Assembly (NCBI GenBank): GCA_964016885.1
Contig: CAXHJY010000522.1
Span: 124,001-188,000 of the forward strand
Source: Eledone cirrhosa
Taxonomy: Eukaryota
Direction: 5' to 3'
Length of the DNA stretch: 64,000 nt
The stretch's first letter is position 1; the number at the start of each line of letters is the position of its first letter. The translations under genes and the position numbers were made by a program. A model generated the notes under the pieces. It searched no databases, had not been told where the DNA came from, and was given only the letters and a program-made list of their open reading frames with translations. Below are positions 41,685-55,297 of this stretch, piece after piece.

Positions 41685-43147
41685 TTACTTATTTAAAGAT
41701 TCACTTATTTAAAGATTCGCTTCTTTAAAATGTTCAAATGTCAATACTTCCTGTTAGCGATCGCTTAAATAAACATTCATATATTGCTGTCACTAATTTT
41801 CTCCTAATGCAGTTTATATATATCGTCTTTTTTAAATGTACCATGGATTACATTACTGATTACATAAGAGAGTGTAACACAGTCTTTGTTCAATTTCTGT
41901 GTATATTGTCAATTATGATTGACATGCTAGCAGCAAACCATCCAAAGAGTGGTTTTTCTGCTAGTATATATAATTTTGACAGGAAATGTATGGAATATAG
42001 AAAATTGGCTGTACAGTCAGTTTAGTAATTTCACTTTTAACCTCTTGTATGACATGACTCTACCCAACACCATATCACATCAGTGGAATAATCTTCAGAG
42101 GCAAGAAGCAGAGCTATGTTTACATTAGTTTTAAAAGAGATGATGATGATGAACTCTTTTTAGTAAGGGAGATAACTGATTGGTTTCTCTATTCAATTTC
42201 ATCTTTGCATTGAAATTGAATTGGATTTTATCAGATTTTATTGATTTTTTTTTGTTTTTTTTTTCTTGATAATATTTGTTTTTTTCAATAGCTGCTGATC
42301 AACGACTAATATTGACAATATAATTTGATGAATTAATAGCTGATAAGAATATTTTGCTTTTGGAAATGTTTTGTGATTTATGTATGACTATTACTAATTA
42401 CATTTAATCAATTAACATTTTTCTTTTCATCTGTTTTGTGTGCACCTGTCTTTTAATTGAAATTAACAACCATACATGATTGAAAAAAACTTCTTTTTTT
42501 TTTTAAATACTGCTATCTTTTAAAACAATCTGTTCACTAAATATACTACAAATATCAGAAGAAACAAACCCATTTTTAGGGTTTGTTTATTAAGTGTTAG
42601 TGTTTAGTGTTTCCAAAACTTCAATTGATTTTAACACTGCTATAAGGGCACCAATTTTGGGATAGGATTAAAGTTGACCTGTACTTTATTTTATTGATGC
42701 CAGAAGGATGAAAGGCAAAATTGAACCAAGCAGGATTTGAACTCACAAAATAAAAAGCTGGAACAAATACCACAAAGCATTTTATCCAACATTCTAGAAT
42801 GCTTTGCATTATTTGTTCAGGATCTAACAAAATAGGCAAAAAATAATCAAACTATGAAGAACGTTTTGAGTGGTCTCATACACACATTATTGAAATGTTT
42901 AGCAAATCAGATGCAAACAAGTACAATGTTTATTCTTTGAGAAGTCAGTTGAATGGGAATATCAACTATAATATGCCACATGTATTTATTTGTATATTTA
43001 TAAATATCTTCGGCTGTAACTCTTAAAATCTACATGCACACACACACACACAATGTATTTCTTATCTTAATCATGTTACTACAATAATTGCAAATTTCAA
43101 TCACAAGGCCCTGGGTTCTAACCTACATTTGTCTCTGTAAATATTTA

Positions 43148-44149
43148 CTGTATATACTCTAATATAAACGGACACCCTATTTTATGCCTGATAAATAGGC
43201 AAAAGTCCAAACCCCATTTATAAGCCATGGCAGCTAATCAACACATTATGTTAAGATGGCGTGGTTTTGAAATTCTCATGAGTATAAAATATATTTATGA
43301 AGTTTTAATATTTTGATGTTTGAAATGTTTTAAGTTAAGTTTTGTTTAGAATATAGTTTTTGTTTCATGACTCCATTACATAATGAGTTTCCATTACATT
43401 AAGTTTCAAGAAGTTTCTCAAATGTTTGTTTACTTCTGGCCACTCACATGCTAGGATTACTTTGAAAGCAAGAGATCGAATAAGAGAACTTTGGATAGGG
43501 ATTCATAGAGTAGGAGAGAACGAGAGAAAGAGCAAGTAGGAGAGTGAGAGCAATAAAATAAAATCAAGAATAAAATTTCAATCTTACGTAAGATTGAAAG
43601 AAAAAGAATTATCAAGCCAGAGAAAAGCATGTATGTGTGTATGCATGCATGTATATGTGTGCATGCATTTATGTGTATGGGATATTTATGTATTAAAAAG
43701 TTCAGATTATAAACATTTGTTGGAAATCTTTTCAAGGGAATATATAGATAACACCAATGATGATGTAAATGTAGAAAAACTTTTATTCTAAAAATAATTG
43801 TTTCTACTTTAGGCACAAGGCCAGCAATTACTCAGTGCATTACTGGTACTTTATTTTATCGACCCCATAAGGATGAAAAGCAAAGTCAACCTCGGTGGGA
43901 TTTGAACTCAGATCGTAAAGGGATGTAACTATGCTGGAAAGCATGGTGTCCGACCCTCTACCGATACTGCCAATCCACCGCCCTTTTATTCTAAAAATAA
44001 TAACTCGAAAACAATCACCTTATTTTATGTAGAATTTGAAGTTGGAGAAAATTGACACAATATTGACCTCGAATATAAGCCAACTCCCCATTTTACCATC
44101 GTTTTGTTTTCCATCACATATATCTTGGCTTATATTCGAGTATATACGG
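43148..44149. mobile_element. pogo/Tc1-mariner-type MITE with nested SINE
   Basis: TIRs ctgtatatactctaatataa / ttatattcgagtatatacgg, flanked by TA on both sides; subterminal ctcgaatataagcc repeat. Confidence 0.75.
43799..43982 (-). mobile_element. Full-length SINE with 19-bp TSD
   Basis: cttttattctaaaaataat at 43780-43798 and 43983-44001. Confidence 0.9.
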
Positions 44150-46224
44150 TATTTCTCCAAAGTTACTTATACATTTAATCCTGTATATCATTTGGACATA
44201 TAGGCAGAACACCTATGCAACTATATCTTAGAAATAAATTATCAAAATATTTTTATATTTAATCACTTTCACATGTCAATAATCAATGTAAACTATATTG
44301 TTTTTCATATGCAATCTATGAATTTATCAAAACACAAATTCCCAGTTTGTGATAGTTAATGTATCTGTTAATCCTGGTATATATGGCATATCAACCCAAG
44401 GCTCTAAAAATTAAATACAGCGCTGGTCCATCAGTATATAAAATCTATACTATAAGAGCCGAGCCTGTCAGTCCATCCGTCATCACGCTCTCTATATAGA
44501 GGGAGGGAATACTACTCAACTACCTCCTCTCTCTACCTAAAGTGTGTCTGTGAATGAATGAAAAGAATATACATTTGTATCAAGGTTTCAGGCTGTAAAG
44601 CTAAAGGTGGCGGGGTTTTTTCAACAAGTGTGTATTGATGTTGACAGCTTCGCACTTATAATTCCAGCCTTTTTAATGAAAACCCTCTCTTTAACTCTCA
44701 TTCACCCCGCCTCCCCTTCTCTCTAACTAAAGCATAATCTTAACTTTAGCCTGTGTCATTTAATATTTATAAATATATATAAGAACTTGTAATTGTCTAA
44801 GGTTCATTTGGCCGTATAGATACATTGCTTTACCTCTAATGCATCTTTAGGTTGTTTCAAGAAGGTACTTCTTCAGATGACCTACTTTGGAGATGTAGGC
44901 GAGGTGGGGAGGTATCAGAAAAGTTCTGGGTGGGGAGGTATCAGAAAAGTTCTGTATTAATTCATTTATGCTATTTTAATTTTTTCACTTCTTTATGTCT
45001 ACTCATTGTGCCAAAAGTAGAAACAATTATTTAACTCTACAAAGAGATCACTTTATAATTTCTACAAATTACCTAAAATGTATATAGTTGTTTAAAAGGA
45101 ACATTACAGAAACTGAAAAATTATTACATTATTATGTACGTTCAATTTTTTTCTTAATTTCACATCACTTTATTAAATTCAAAATTTGTATAACTCATTA
45201 AGCAATAATGATAAATAACAGAATACTTTTTAACATAAACTTACACATAACTCATTAAGAACATTGTAGAGTTTCATGTGCTCAGCTTATTTATAATATA
45301 AAATTGCCTCTTTGCCATTTGCTGATATCCACAAGCTTGGAAAAGATGGGCTTACACTGATTCTTTGAGCAGAAAAATCATTGAGAACTTATTAGGCACA
45401 ACTAGTAGGTATAAAATGTGTATATTTCTTTTGAATAACTATAACGTTGTGTCTTTGATACCATACTTCCAAATACACACCTCCACATCTCTTACATAAC
45501 CAAAGCCCTGAACCCTAAAACTCTGATGTGCCTCAGCTGTAGACATAAAGAAACCAATTTTATTGCCTGATTATTTCATTAGTCATGATGGTAAAGATTG
45601 GAAATTATCATCATCGTTATTATCACCATCATCATTTTATGCCTGTTTTTTCATGCTGGCAAGTGTTGGACATCGTGGTCTGTGACTAAACTGGCCAGTA
45701 AACCTTGTCTTTCCCATAAGTTCCATATCTAACATAGCACCTATGGTCGGATGCCCTTCCTAATGACAATCACTTTGCAGAGTACCAAGAGCATTTTATT
45801 GTGGCACTAGCACTTCCACGGAGTATACTGGTTGCATTATAAAAATATAGAGATCTGGATGATGAAAACAGAAACAATCCTTATAATAATAGGTACTCTG
45901 GCAATGGTAATTAAAATACATGGATAGATACAAAACTGAAATGCAAGATTTACTAGTATATTAAACATACAGAAAATGGCACTGCTGAACACACTTTATG
46001 AAGAGTATTTTGATACAATAGAAACAACACTATACATTTTCAAGGCACACAGAGCTGTGCTCAATAATGTTGTGACAGCATGCAATGAATATAAGAGTAT
46101 TAGCAATAATAGTAATTGCAATGAATATAAGGTGATAGCAATAATAATGATTATTTCCTTATTGAAAAACAAGGGCCAAAACATGTAGAACAATACAAAA
46201 GTCAGGGACAGTTAGAATTTACAT

Positions 46225-47312
46225 AAAATCAAATAAAATAAAATAAGGTAATAGATAACAATAATAATTTAATCACAACAATAAAAATTCCCTAATAGGG
46301 GGTAGGACCACCAAGGTGTAACTTAGGAACCCCACTGATCCTAAACCACCCTACTCTCCACAAGCATTCAAGAAAAGCACTCCTTGCCTCTCTAAACTCA
46401 GCCTATAGGTGCATGGTCTGAGTAGGCTCATTCACACAAGCCATCCTCGCTACATACACCAACCTTTTAACAAATGTACTGGGAGACAGCACTTCCCTCT
46501 CTACCCTCACCTTGCTTTCCAAGTGGAACTTGAAAAAGTTGAGGAGGGATTGGCTGAAGGGGAAAGTATCTGACTTCAGTCCATTCAGCTGCATCCACCA
46601 CAAACTTCTTTAGCAGCAACTACCAGACAGAGGAAAACTGTCTGCCCTTCCTGGCCAAAAGATGGCAACAAGGCAACTTTCTCAATGGTCTCGGTAAATA
46701 GCCGGATCTGTCCTATACATGATAATAGCTGTTCAACAAACTCCACAAGTCAACAGTGCATGAAGACTGGATAGGTGCAGAATAGTTTCATCACTCTGCG
46801 TGTCTCACAGCACTTCCATGCCTGTAGGGTTTGTTTCGAACCGGCAGTGCCCCCCGTATAGTACTGTCAAACCAAAGATTTCTGGTTGTTGTCTATAGTC
46901 CCTAGCTCGAAAGTTCTCGGGAACAGACTGATCCATTCAATTTTGTTGACACCCAGAGCTTCTTTGAGAATGTCATCACACTTGCCCACCAGCAATCCTC
47001 TATAGCACACTTGATTGGAATTTCCACTGACCACATTCCCCAACTGGTAGAGGGCTGTGAGTACCCAACAACATTCCAGATGCCAGGTGCCCAGACTGGT
47101 CTTTCTTTCCTTAATTCATGATTGCAGCTCAGTTAAAGAGACAAGCAGTGAAAGACCTGTCTGACAAATGGCTACCACACCTGTTCACCATTTAGGAATA
47201 TTTGGAGCTGCCATAGCTTCAGCTTTTACTTGTGCATCATGCCCAGCCAGCCATCCATTTTGAGGGTGCTTGCAACAGATGGACCACCTCACCAATGGAA
47301 CCTGTCCCTTCT
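46225..47312 (-). mobile_element. L1/Tx1-like LINE 3' fragment (degenerate)
   Basis: C-terminal ORF2-like peptide homologous to the 63727-63963 ORF; remnant DETILH zinc-knuckle region; T-rich 3' UTR. Confidence 0.6.
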
Positions 47313-47911
47313 AAATCAAGTTGAATAATAATAATAATTGTTTCTGATTTAGGCACAAGGCCAGTAATTTTCTTGGGGGGGGGGGGTCGATTAAATTGAC
47401 CCCAGTGCATTACTTGTACTATATTTTATCGAGCCCATAAGGATGTAAGGCAAAGCTAACCTTGTGGGATTTGACTCAGAATATAAGGGACGTAACACTA
47501 TGTTGCAAAGCATGTTGTCAGACACTCTACCAATATTACCAATCCACTGCCCTCACCAATAGCAATAATAATAATAATAGTTTATGGCTTCTTTACATGT
47601 TGGCATGGATGGGACGGATTGTCATGGTCTAAGACTAGACAGGTCGGAAAAACCTATCAGAGATTCCATATTTGGAATGGTTTCTAATGCCAACCACCTT
47701 ACAGAGTGTATACCAACACAAACACATTATAGTGTATTGGGTGTATTTATCATAGCACCAACATTATCATTTTACAGAGTGAACTGGGTGCATTTTCTAT
47801 TGGCACCAACTCTAAAGAGGTCATCGTATGCTTGGCCAGATGGGAGAGTTCTCACAACCACATATTCTTTCAATTTGAGTGCCAACCAAATAATAAAAAT
47901 AATATGCTTAC

Positions 47912-48402
47912 CTCAATAACTTTTGTGAGAGGAGTAGTTAATCCCGGTGTGGTAGAAGATGTAGGTGCAGTAGTAGTTGGAGTAGTAGGAGTAGTAGAAG
48001 TAGTACTATCCGTAATAATGGTGGGGGTAGTAGTTGACGGCTTTGTAGAAGTATTTATGACTTGAGTTGTAATAATTTTTGAAGTCAAAGTTGTTGCAGG
48101 GTGACTTGATGTTGTTGACGTAACAGTCGTAGGTTTAGTTGTAGTAGTTGTAGATTTTGTTGATGTTTGTGTTGTTGGTTTTGGTGTTGGTTTTGGTGTT
48201 GTTGTTGTTATTGTTGTTGTTGTTTTAACAGTTGATTGTGAAGTAGATTCAATTTTTTTTGTAACAATAGGTGGCTGTGTGGAGCTTGGTGTTGTGGTTA
48301 TATCATTGTCAACACTTCGACGTGATCTTTTTACATTGAAGCTATTGATTAAAATCACAGATACAGGGCTGGACGGGCTTGAAGTCAAAGAGTATTCTAC
48401 AG
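47912..48402 (-). CDS. PLXDC2: Internal coding exon of a plexin domain-containing (PLXDC/TEM7-like) gene: N-terminal region with KRSRR motif and Thr/Ser/Pro-rich mucin-like stalk
   Basis: Acceptor ttttccag| at 48403-48410 (phase 1). Open frame VEYSLTSS...KRSRRSVD...TTTT...LTKVIE. Donor |gtaagc at 47911. The phase-0 end joins in frame to the 10942 exon, giving KVIE-DNHKYY. 491 bp. Confidence 0.8.
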
Positions 48403-49396
48403 CTGGAAAAGAAACAGAATAGACATTATTAGAGATTACTATCTTGAAAAAAGAAAAAAGAAACAAATATAGCTCACACCTATGCAGGTTTAGTTAGCCA
48501 CCTATGAGATTGTATTTTCTAGGATATTTCTTGGGTCTTTTCGTGATAGGGTGTAAGTTCTATCATGGAAAGCAACGTGAAATAATTGGCTTGCTCACAA
48601 ACACAATATAGCAGCCACTCCAGGAATTGAACCCACGACCTTGTGATCATCTGTCCTACACCCTAATCAGAACACCACATGACTTTGATTATATATATAA
48701 ACCTTCCATCATAGTTTTATGTAAGAGCTGTTATGTTACAAATACCAAATTCTTGATTATTTTCAAATTATTTGGAAATAATAGGCCATGTCTTTCATTA
48801 GAAATATGGTGAGGAGAGAGTTAATAATGTCCAAATGTGCAATATTTCTGCAGCTATAGTGATCCATAGTTAACAAATATTTATAAGTTATCTCGCTTTT
48901 ACGCCTGGCATAGGCTAAAATAAGGAAGATTAAAGGTGTTATGATTGATCCTGATCTGGTATTGCTAAATAGGACTGGAGAACTAAGTGAAGCAGTGTTA
49001 ATGAAGGTTAATAATGAGAAAGACTTACTCTACTAATTAATTTCTCTTAGAACTAAATCACATTATAGGCTTGTCGAATGCCACACAAATTTTAATAACG
49101 AATAATAATCGGCTAAACAATAGACATAGAACCAGTAAAAGAATGACAAAATGTCCGAGAATGATATACTGTCCTATTTACCCTAATTAACAAAATTTCT
49201 CACCCAATACAGAAAGAAGTGTGAAACAAAGTTGTGGGAAAATGCTACCATAATATATTTGTGAAACAGTAATATGATGGCACACATAGACAGGCTTACT
49301 AGCTCCATTTGAATAGAAGTAATATTATTAACACACTATCTCCACCTCTCTAATCATCATCTCCTTACAGCCATTTTTCAATGTTATCTCTCGATC

Positions 49397-49429
<33 letters not shown>

Positions 49430-49712
49430 ATCATCATCTTTTTTGACATTCGTTTTTCCATGGATATATATATATATACATACATACAAACACATATATA
49501 TATACACATACACACAGGTATAGACATTTATATATATATATATATAATTATATATATATATATACATATACACATATATCATCATCGCTTAATGTCTATA
49601 TTCCACGCTAGATGGGTTAGACGAGGAATTGTCCCACTTCAGGCAAGATTGATCGGGTGACCGTGCCTTGCTCACATATATATATATATATATACATGCA
49701 TGCATATATATA

Positions 49713-49749
<37 letters not shown>

Positions 49750-49750
49750 G

Positions 49751-49799
<49 letters not shown>

Positions 49800-49942
49800 G
49801 CATGCATACATATATATATATATATATGCATGCATATATATATATATACATGCATCATCATCATTTTACGTCAGCTTTTCCCTGCTTGCAAAGGTGGGAA
49901 AGACCGACTATATATATATATATATATACATGCATATATATA

Positions 49943-50140
49943 TCCCAGTAGAAGGAAGACGCAGTAGAGGAAGACCACAAAAAACATGGGTGGAGGTGCC
50001 GAGAGCAGACCTCAGATCGCTGAAGCTCATGGAGGAGATGACGGAGGACCTTGACAAGTGGAGAGATGCTGTGCTGAATAGTACCCGTCCCACCCTTGCA
50101 AGCAGGGAAAAGTGGACATAAAATGATGATGATGATGATG
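49943..50140 (+). mobile_element. Short RTE 3' end (RGRPQKTW...) with (GAT)n tail inside (TA)n
   Basis: [18 protein letters not shown]...[21 protein letters not shown], followed by (atg)n and (TA)n. Confidence 0.85.
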
Positions 50141-50214
50141 ATATATGTATATACATGCATGCATCTATATATAAATACATGTATACATGTATGCATCTAT
50201 ATACATGTATATAT

Positions 50215-50247
<33 letters not shown>

Positions 50248-50704
50248 CATGCATATATCGATTGACTTTCGTCAAATCGGACCAAGGAAACAATGTTAGT
50301 CGGTCTTTCCAGTTGCTAGTACTATCTATCCGTCACAACTCCAGGTAGAAGGAGCAATGTGAAATAAAGTGTCTTGCCCAAGGACATAACACACAAAATT
50401 TGCACCATAGATGTAACTTTTTCCAAGTAAGAAAGTGAGGGTATTTTTGTCTACTAAATTTAGTTAAACGATTAAAGATATTTTATTGTTTATTTAAATA
50501 TTCACTTTAAAATTTTCAAACGTCAACACTTCCAGTTACTTCCGATTAGCGATCTCTCTCTTTCTTAGTGTCTTTTTGGATAGATATATAGCTATAACGT
50601 TGTGCCCTTATAATATCTGTCTGTATGTCTGGCTGGCTGTCTGCATTACGAAAACCATTCTGTACATTGACTTCGCTCTGTGTGTGTGTGTGTGTGTGTG
50701 TATA

Positions 50705-50744
<40 letters not shown>

Positions 50745-50938
50745 TTAGTATCATAAATAAGAGACAGTTTAATTTGTACATTTTATTACAGCATTCCTTT
50801 ATATGTATATATACATACATAAACATGTTATTTACAATTTACAGTTGTATAAAAAAGAAGTACAATTGTTTCTACTTTTGGCACAAGGCCAGCAATTATT
50901 CCAGTGCATTACTGGTACTTTATTATATATAATATATA

Positions 50939-51578
50939 CTAGCAGAATGGCCCGACGTTGCTCAGCATTTGCTCTAGGGTTCTTATTTATTTGATATATA
51001 TTTATCCTTATCGAGCCTCGTCAAATAAATAAGTTTGTTTATATGTTGTTATTGTGTATGCCAAAATATCTGTATACGAATATATAATTATATACATATA
51101 TAAATATATTAAAATAACAGATTAAAGTTTAAGGAAAGAATCGCTGCTTTCACCCTTAACGGGATCTTCTAAAACTAAAAAAAAAATCAATCTGTGAACG
51201 CAGAAGTAAATATTTCAAAAAATGTTACACACTATATATATTATATACACACACTATATATACATATATACACACACACACACACACAGCTACGTGATAA
51301 TGTCGTAATGCAGACATCCAGACATACAGACAGATATTATAAGGGCGCCATATTATATCTATGTATCTATCTAAAAAGAGAAAGACTAAGAGTTATAGAG
51401 AGAGATCGCCTAAATCGCCTAATGCTCCTAATCCGTAGGACATTGAATATTCGAAATTTTTTTTGCTCAAAACACTCACAGGACCATTATTATTACATGT
51501 GTAAAGTTTGAACATCGTTTGAGTGTTTCTCGAGTTCTAGTGATCGGACAGACAGACAGACTGTTTTAGATATATAGA
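50939..51578 (-). mobile_element. Non-autonomous Helitron-like element (mosaic)
   Basis: Minus strand begins TCtatatatctaaaacagtctgtctgtc and ends gcaacgtcgggccattctgCTAG. Confidence 0.7.
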
Positions 51579-51739
51579 TAATACAACATTCCTCTCTCTT
51601 TCTTACTCTGTCTTTTTAGATAGATACATAGCTATAACGTTGCACCCTTATATCTGTCTGTATGTCTACCTGTCTGCATTGACTTCGCTTCTAACCAAAT
51701 TTTAATTAATTATATATATATATAATTATATATTAGTAT

Positions 51740-52925
51740 ACATATTTTCAACAGTAATTCTATACTATATATATTTTCAACAGTAATACTGTACTGTACT
51801 ATGTATTTTCAACTTTAATACTATACTATACTATCTATATATATATATAAAACTGAGGATGTCTGTCTGTGTGTGTGTGAGTTCGAATCCCTAAAACTCA
51901 AGAACCACCCAACCGACTGTTTTCAAATTTTACACATATAATACTTATGTTTCACGGAGTGTTCTGAGCAAAACAAATTTCAAATTTTCAATGCCCTAGG
52001 GACCGCATTAGGCGATTTAGCGATCTCGCTCTATAATTCTTAGTCTTTCTCTTTTTAGATAGGTACATACATATAACATCGCTCCCTTATAATATCTGTC
52101 TGTATTACGTCACTTCCCTGAGGATGTCTGTCTGTGTGTGTGTGTGTGTGTGTCTGTGAGTTTGAATCCCTAAAACTCAAGTACCCAACCGATTTTTTTC
52201 AAACTTTACATGTGTATTACTTATGTTTCAGGGAGCGTTATGCACATACAATTAAACTTTTTTATCTCCTAGGGCCCGCATTAGGTGAAAATCTGCATTT
52301 TTAAAGATTTTTAGGGGTTTTTTGAGGCGTTATGTCAGACCGATTTCCTTGAAATTGTAACTATGTATTAGTCAGTCTCTTCATACTGTAAGCAAAAGAA
52401 ATCCAACTTTCTTATGGCCTAGGGCCCGCATTAGGTGAAAAACTTCATTTTTTCAGCTTCTTAGAGCTTTTTGGAGGCATTACGTCTAGCCGATTTTCCC
52501 GAAATTTAAACGCAGATTATGCACATTAAAAAAAAAATTCATTTTCTTGGTCCCCTAGGGCCTGCATTAGGTGAAAACCTGCATTTTTCCTGCTTCATCG
52601 AGGAAAATCTTAAAGATTATCCAGCCATCAGAGTATATGGTTTATTTTCTTTACATATTGTCCAGGCATGCAGTTTTTCCACGATTAGGTCTGTTGGCGG
52701 GCCGCATTCCAAAATACCTTATCACGTGCAATGCCGGGTACCACTGCTAGTACTATATATTTTCAACAGTAATACTATACTATACCATATGTTTTCAACA
52801 GTAATATTATACTATATATTTTCAACAGTAATACTGTATTATACTATATATTTTCAACAGTAATTCTATACTATATATTTTCAACAGTAATACTACACTA
52901 TATATTTTCAACAGTTATACTATAC
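51740..52925. repeat. ~26-30-bp minisatellite (atattttcaacagtaatactatact) split by the Helitron
   Basis: Units present at 51740-51833 and 52751-52925. Confidence 0.85.
51834..52750 (+). mobile_element. Non-autonomous Helitron with internal tandem duplications, inserted in a minisatellite
   Basis: 5' TCtatatatatataaaactgagg, 3' gcaatgccgggtaccactgCTAG; A|T insertion site; three cctagggcccgcattaggtgaaaa blocks. Confidence 0.85.
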
Positions 52926-53036
52926 AGACGGCTTATCGTCTGTTTATCCATGCGAAGCTAAATACGTCAGCTATATATATCTGGATGCTGAAGAACACGG
53001 CAATGGTAGCCGGGCACCAGCTGGATGGGCCAGCTA

Positions 53037-53081
<45 letters not shown>

Positions 53082-53086
53082 CATGG

Positions 53087-55090
53087 ATCATCATCACCGT
53101 TTTACGTCATTCTTCCATGCTAGCATGGGTTAGACGGGCTGTCCTGTTGTGGGCTGTGCCCGGTCAGCTGACCATGTCTTGCTCATATGGGAACTGATTC
53201 TGGCTTGATTTCTATAGTTGGATGGCCTTCCTAACACAAACCTCATTTACAATGAGTGTTGGGTACTTTTTTTCGTGGCGCCTGCACATCCACTTTACAG
53301 TGTGGGCTGGGTGTTTTTTGGTCGTGGCACCTCCACGACCACTTTGCAGTGGGAGGGAGTGGGGGCATATTGTCTATATGCTTCAGCTTGTATCAGTGGG
53401 GGGTCGGGTCTGCTGTATTACTGCATCACACCAGAGGTAAAGGACATGTCTCATTACCTTTGAGAGGTGCAATTGGGTAAGGTCGGCTTTTATCACCTCA
53501 TCCCAGGTCTTCTTGGGTCTCCCCACTCCGCGGCTTCCATCGACTTCTAGTGCTCTGCTGTCATCCTGTCATCCTTAGTATCACATCTCCATACCAATGC
53601 AACCTCCTCTCCTGCACACAGCATTTGATTCCTCTTATGCTCAGTCTCTCTTTCAATTTGTTTATGCTTTGCCATTCACGTATATTACTATTACACATCC
53701 ATCGGAGCATGCAGGCTTCATTTCTTTCAAATCTACGCAAGTCTACAGGGCTCACTACCATGTAACATTGATGTTCATATACATGCATCATACAGTCTGC
53801 CTTTCATTTTGAGGGAAAAGCCTTTTGCAGATAGCAGTTGCTCCCTGAACTTCTTCCATCCTGTTCTTACCCTAGCAATTGTACTTTTCAAACACCCACC
53901 TCCGCTCCTAATTCGGTCACCTAGGTAGCAGAAGCTGTCTACTGTTTCTTCAGAGCCCTCCCAGAGTTTGGTGGTGCTTGTTTCCTGTGGCTGTTTGCTG
54001 CTTGCTGTCCCAGCGCAGCTGCTACATGTGAAGCTTACATTCTTAGTTAAGCTTCCTGAGATCCCGCTACATCTCTTGTGTACCCATTGTTTGCATTTGG
54101 GGCAGGGGATGGAGTTCCTACCTAGACCTTTCCTACATACTGAGCAAGGCCATTTCCCTGAGGGGATCTGGGTTCTGTTTACTCGTCTACTTACAAGGAC
54201 CTTAGTCTTTGTGAGGTTGACTTTGAGACCCTTTGTTTCTAGTCCCTGCTTCCAAGTTTGGAATTTCTTCTCTAGTTCTATATTAGATTCAGCTATAAGT
54301 GCGAGGTCATCAGCATACAGGAGTTCCCATGGGTATCCGGTCTTAAACTCCTCCGTTATTGCCTGCAGGACTATGATGAACAGGAGAGGGCTAAGAACAG
54401 AGCCCTGCTGGACCCCAACCTGTACGCTAAATTCCTCGCTATAGTCATTGCAAATCCTAACTTTGCTGACTGCTCCCCTATACATGGCTTGTACAGCTTT
54501 CACAAACCATTCATCTACTCCTAGTTTTCTAAGAGCCCACCAGATTATAGCACGGGGAACTCAGTCAAAGCCTTTCTCCAGATCGACAAATGCCAGGGAG
54601 AGTGGCTTACTTTTAGCTAGGTACTTTTCCTGTAACTGCCTCACAAGGAAAAGGGCATCAGTGGTACCTTTTCCTGTGGCCTCTATCGACTCTATAGAAG
54701 CCATCACGGTGTTTACCTACGTGTCCGTTAAAATCTCCTGCAATGATTAGGAAATCATTGTCATTTGTTAGAGCAGTAGTGTGCATTAGTGACTCGTAAA
54801 ACCTATCCTTAAGTTCGTCTGGCAACCCCGATTGGGGTGTGTAAGTTGATATTATTGTGGCAATTGTTTATTCAGGACTAGTCTGAGTTTAATGATTCTT
54901 GCGTTCACCCTGTCACTGAGATTACCTTATCTACCCATTTGTCAGAAAAATTTGTAGCACTGCCTTTTGCCTACATGGACTCTAGCGGACTCTCCTCTCC
55001 ATATAGTCTCTTGCACACAGCATACATCAATTTCCTTTCGCTGTAGCATCTCTATGATTTCTCCTGCTGTGGGATAGGTAGCCATCATGG
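53087..55090 (-). mobile_element. Internally deleted RTE LINE (APE N-terminal part fused to RT C-terminal part)
   Basis: Minus-strand DVCCVQET and IIAGDFNGHVG motifs at 54680-55090 are joined at about 54676 to GKGTTDA...LYADD...PHD...3' UTR and (GAT)n tail; frameshifts present. Confidence 0.88.
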
Positions 55091-55130
55091 CAGCTTATAT
55101 ATCATCCCAGGAAATTTGGGTGAAATAATT

Positions 55131-55297
55131 GTTTCTACTTTAGGCACAAGGCCAGCAATTACACAGTGCATTACTGGTACTTTTATTTTATCGACCCCGT
55201 AAGGATGAAAGGCAAAGTCAATCTTGGTGGGATTTTAACGTAAAGGGACGTAACTATGCTGGAAAGCATGGCGTCCGACCCTCTACGGATACTGCCA
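55131..55297 (-). mobile_element. SINE with 11-bp TSD
   Basis: gtgaaataatt at about 55120-55130 and 55298-55308. Confidence 0.85.

Noticed and set aside
44845-44885. Minus-strand CTGAAGA...GAAA hammerhead candidate
   Set aside because: No convincing stem II and no NUH site in register with stem I.
47870-48466. 198-aa stand-alone mucin gene
   Set aside because: The ORF ends extend into intron sequence; canonical splice sites at 48403 and 47911 and an in-frame join to PLXDC exons indicate an internal exon.
52985-53040. CTGAAGA motif as a hammerhead
   Set aside because: No downstream GAAA; the segment looks more like a Helitron-type GC-rich end with CTAG.
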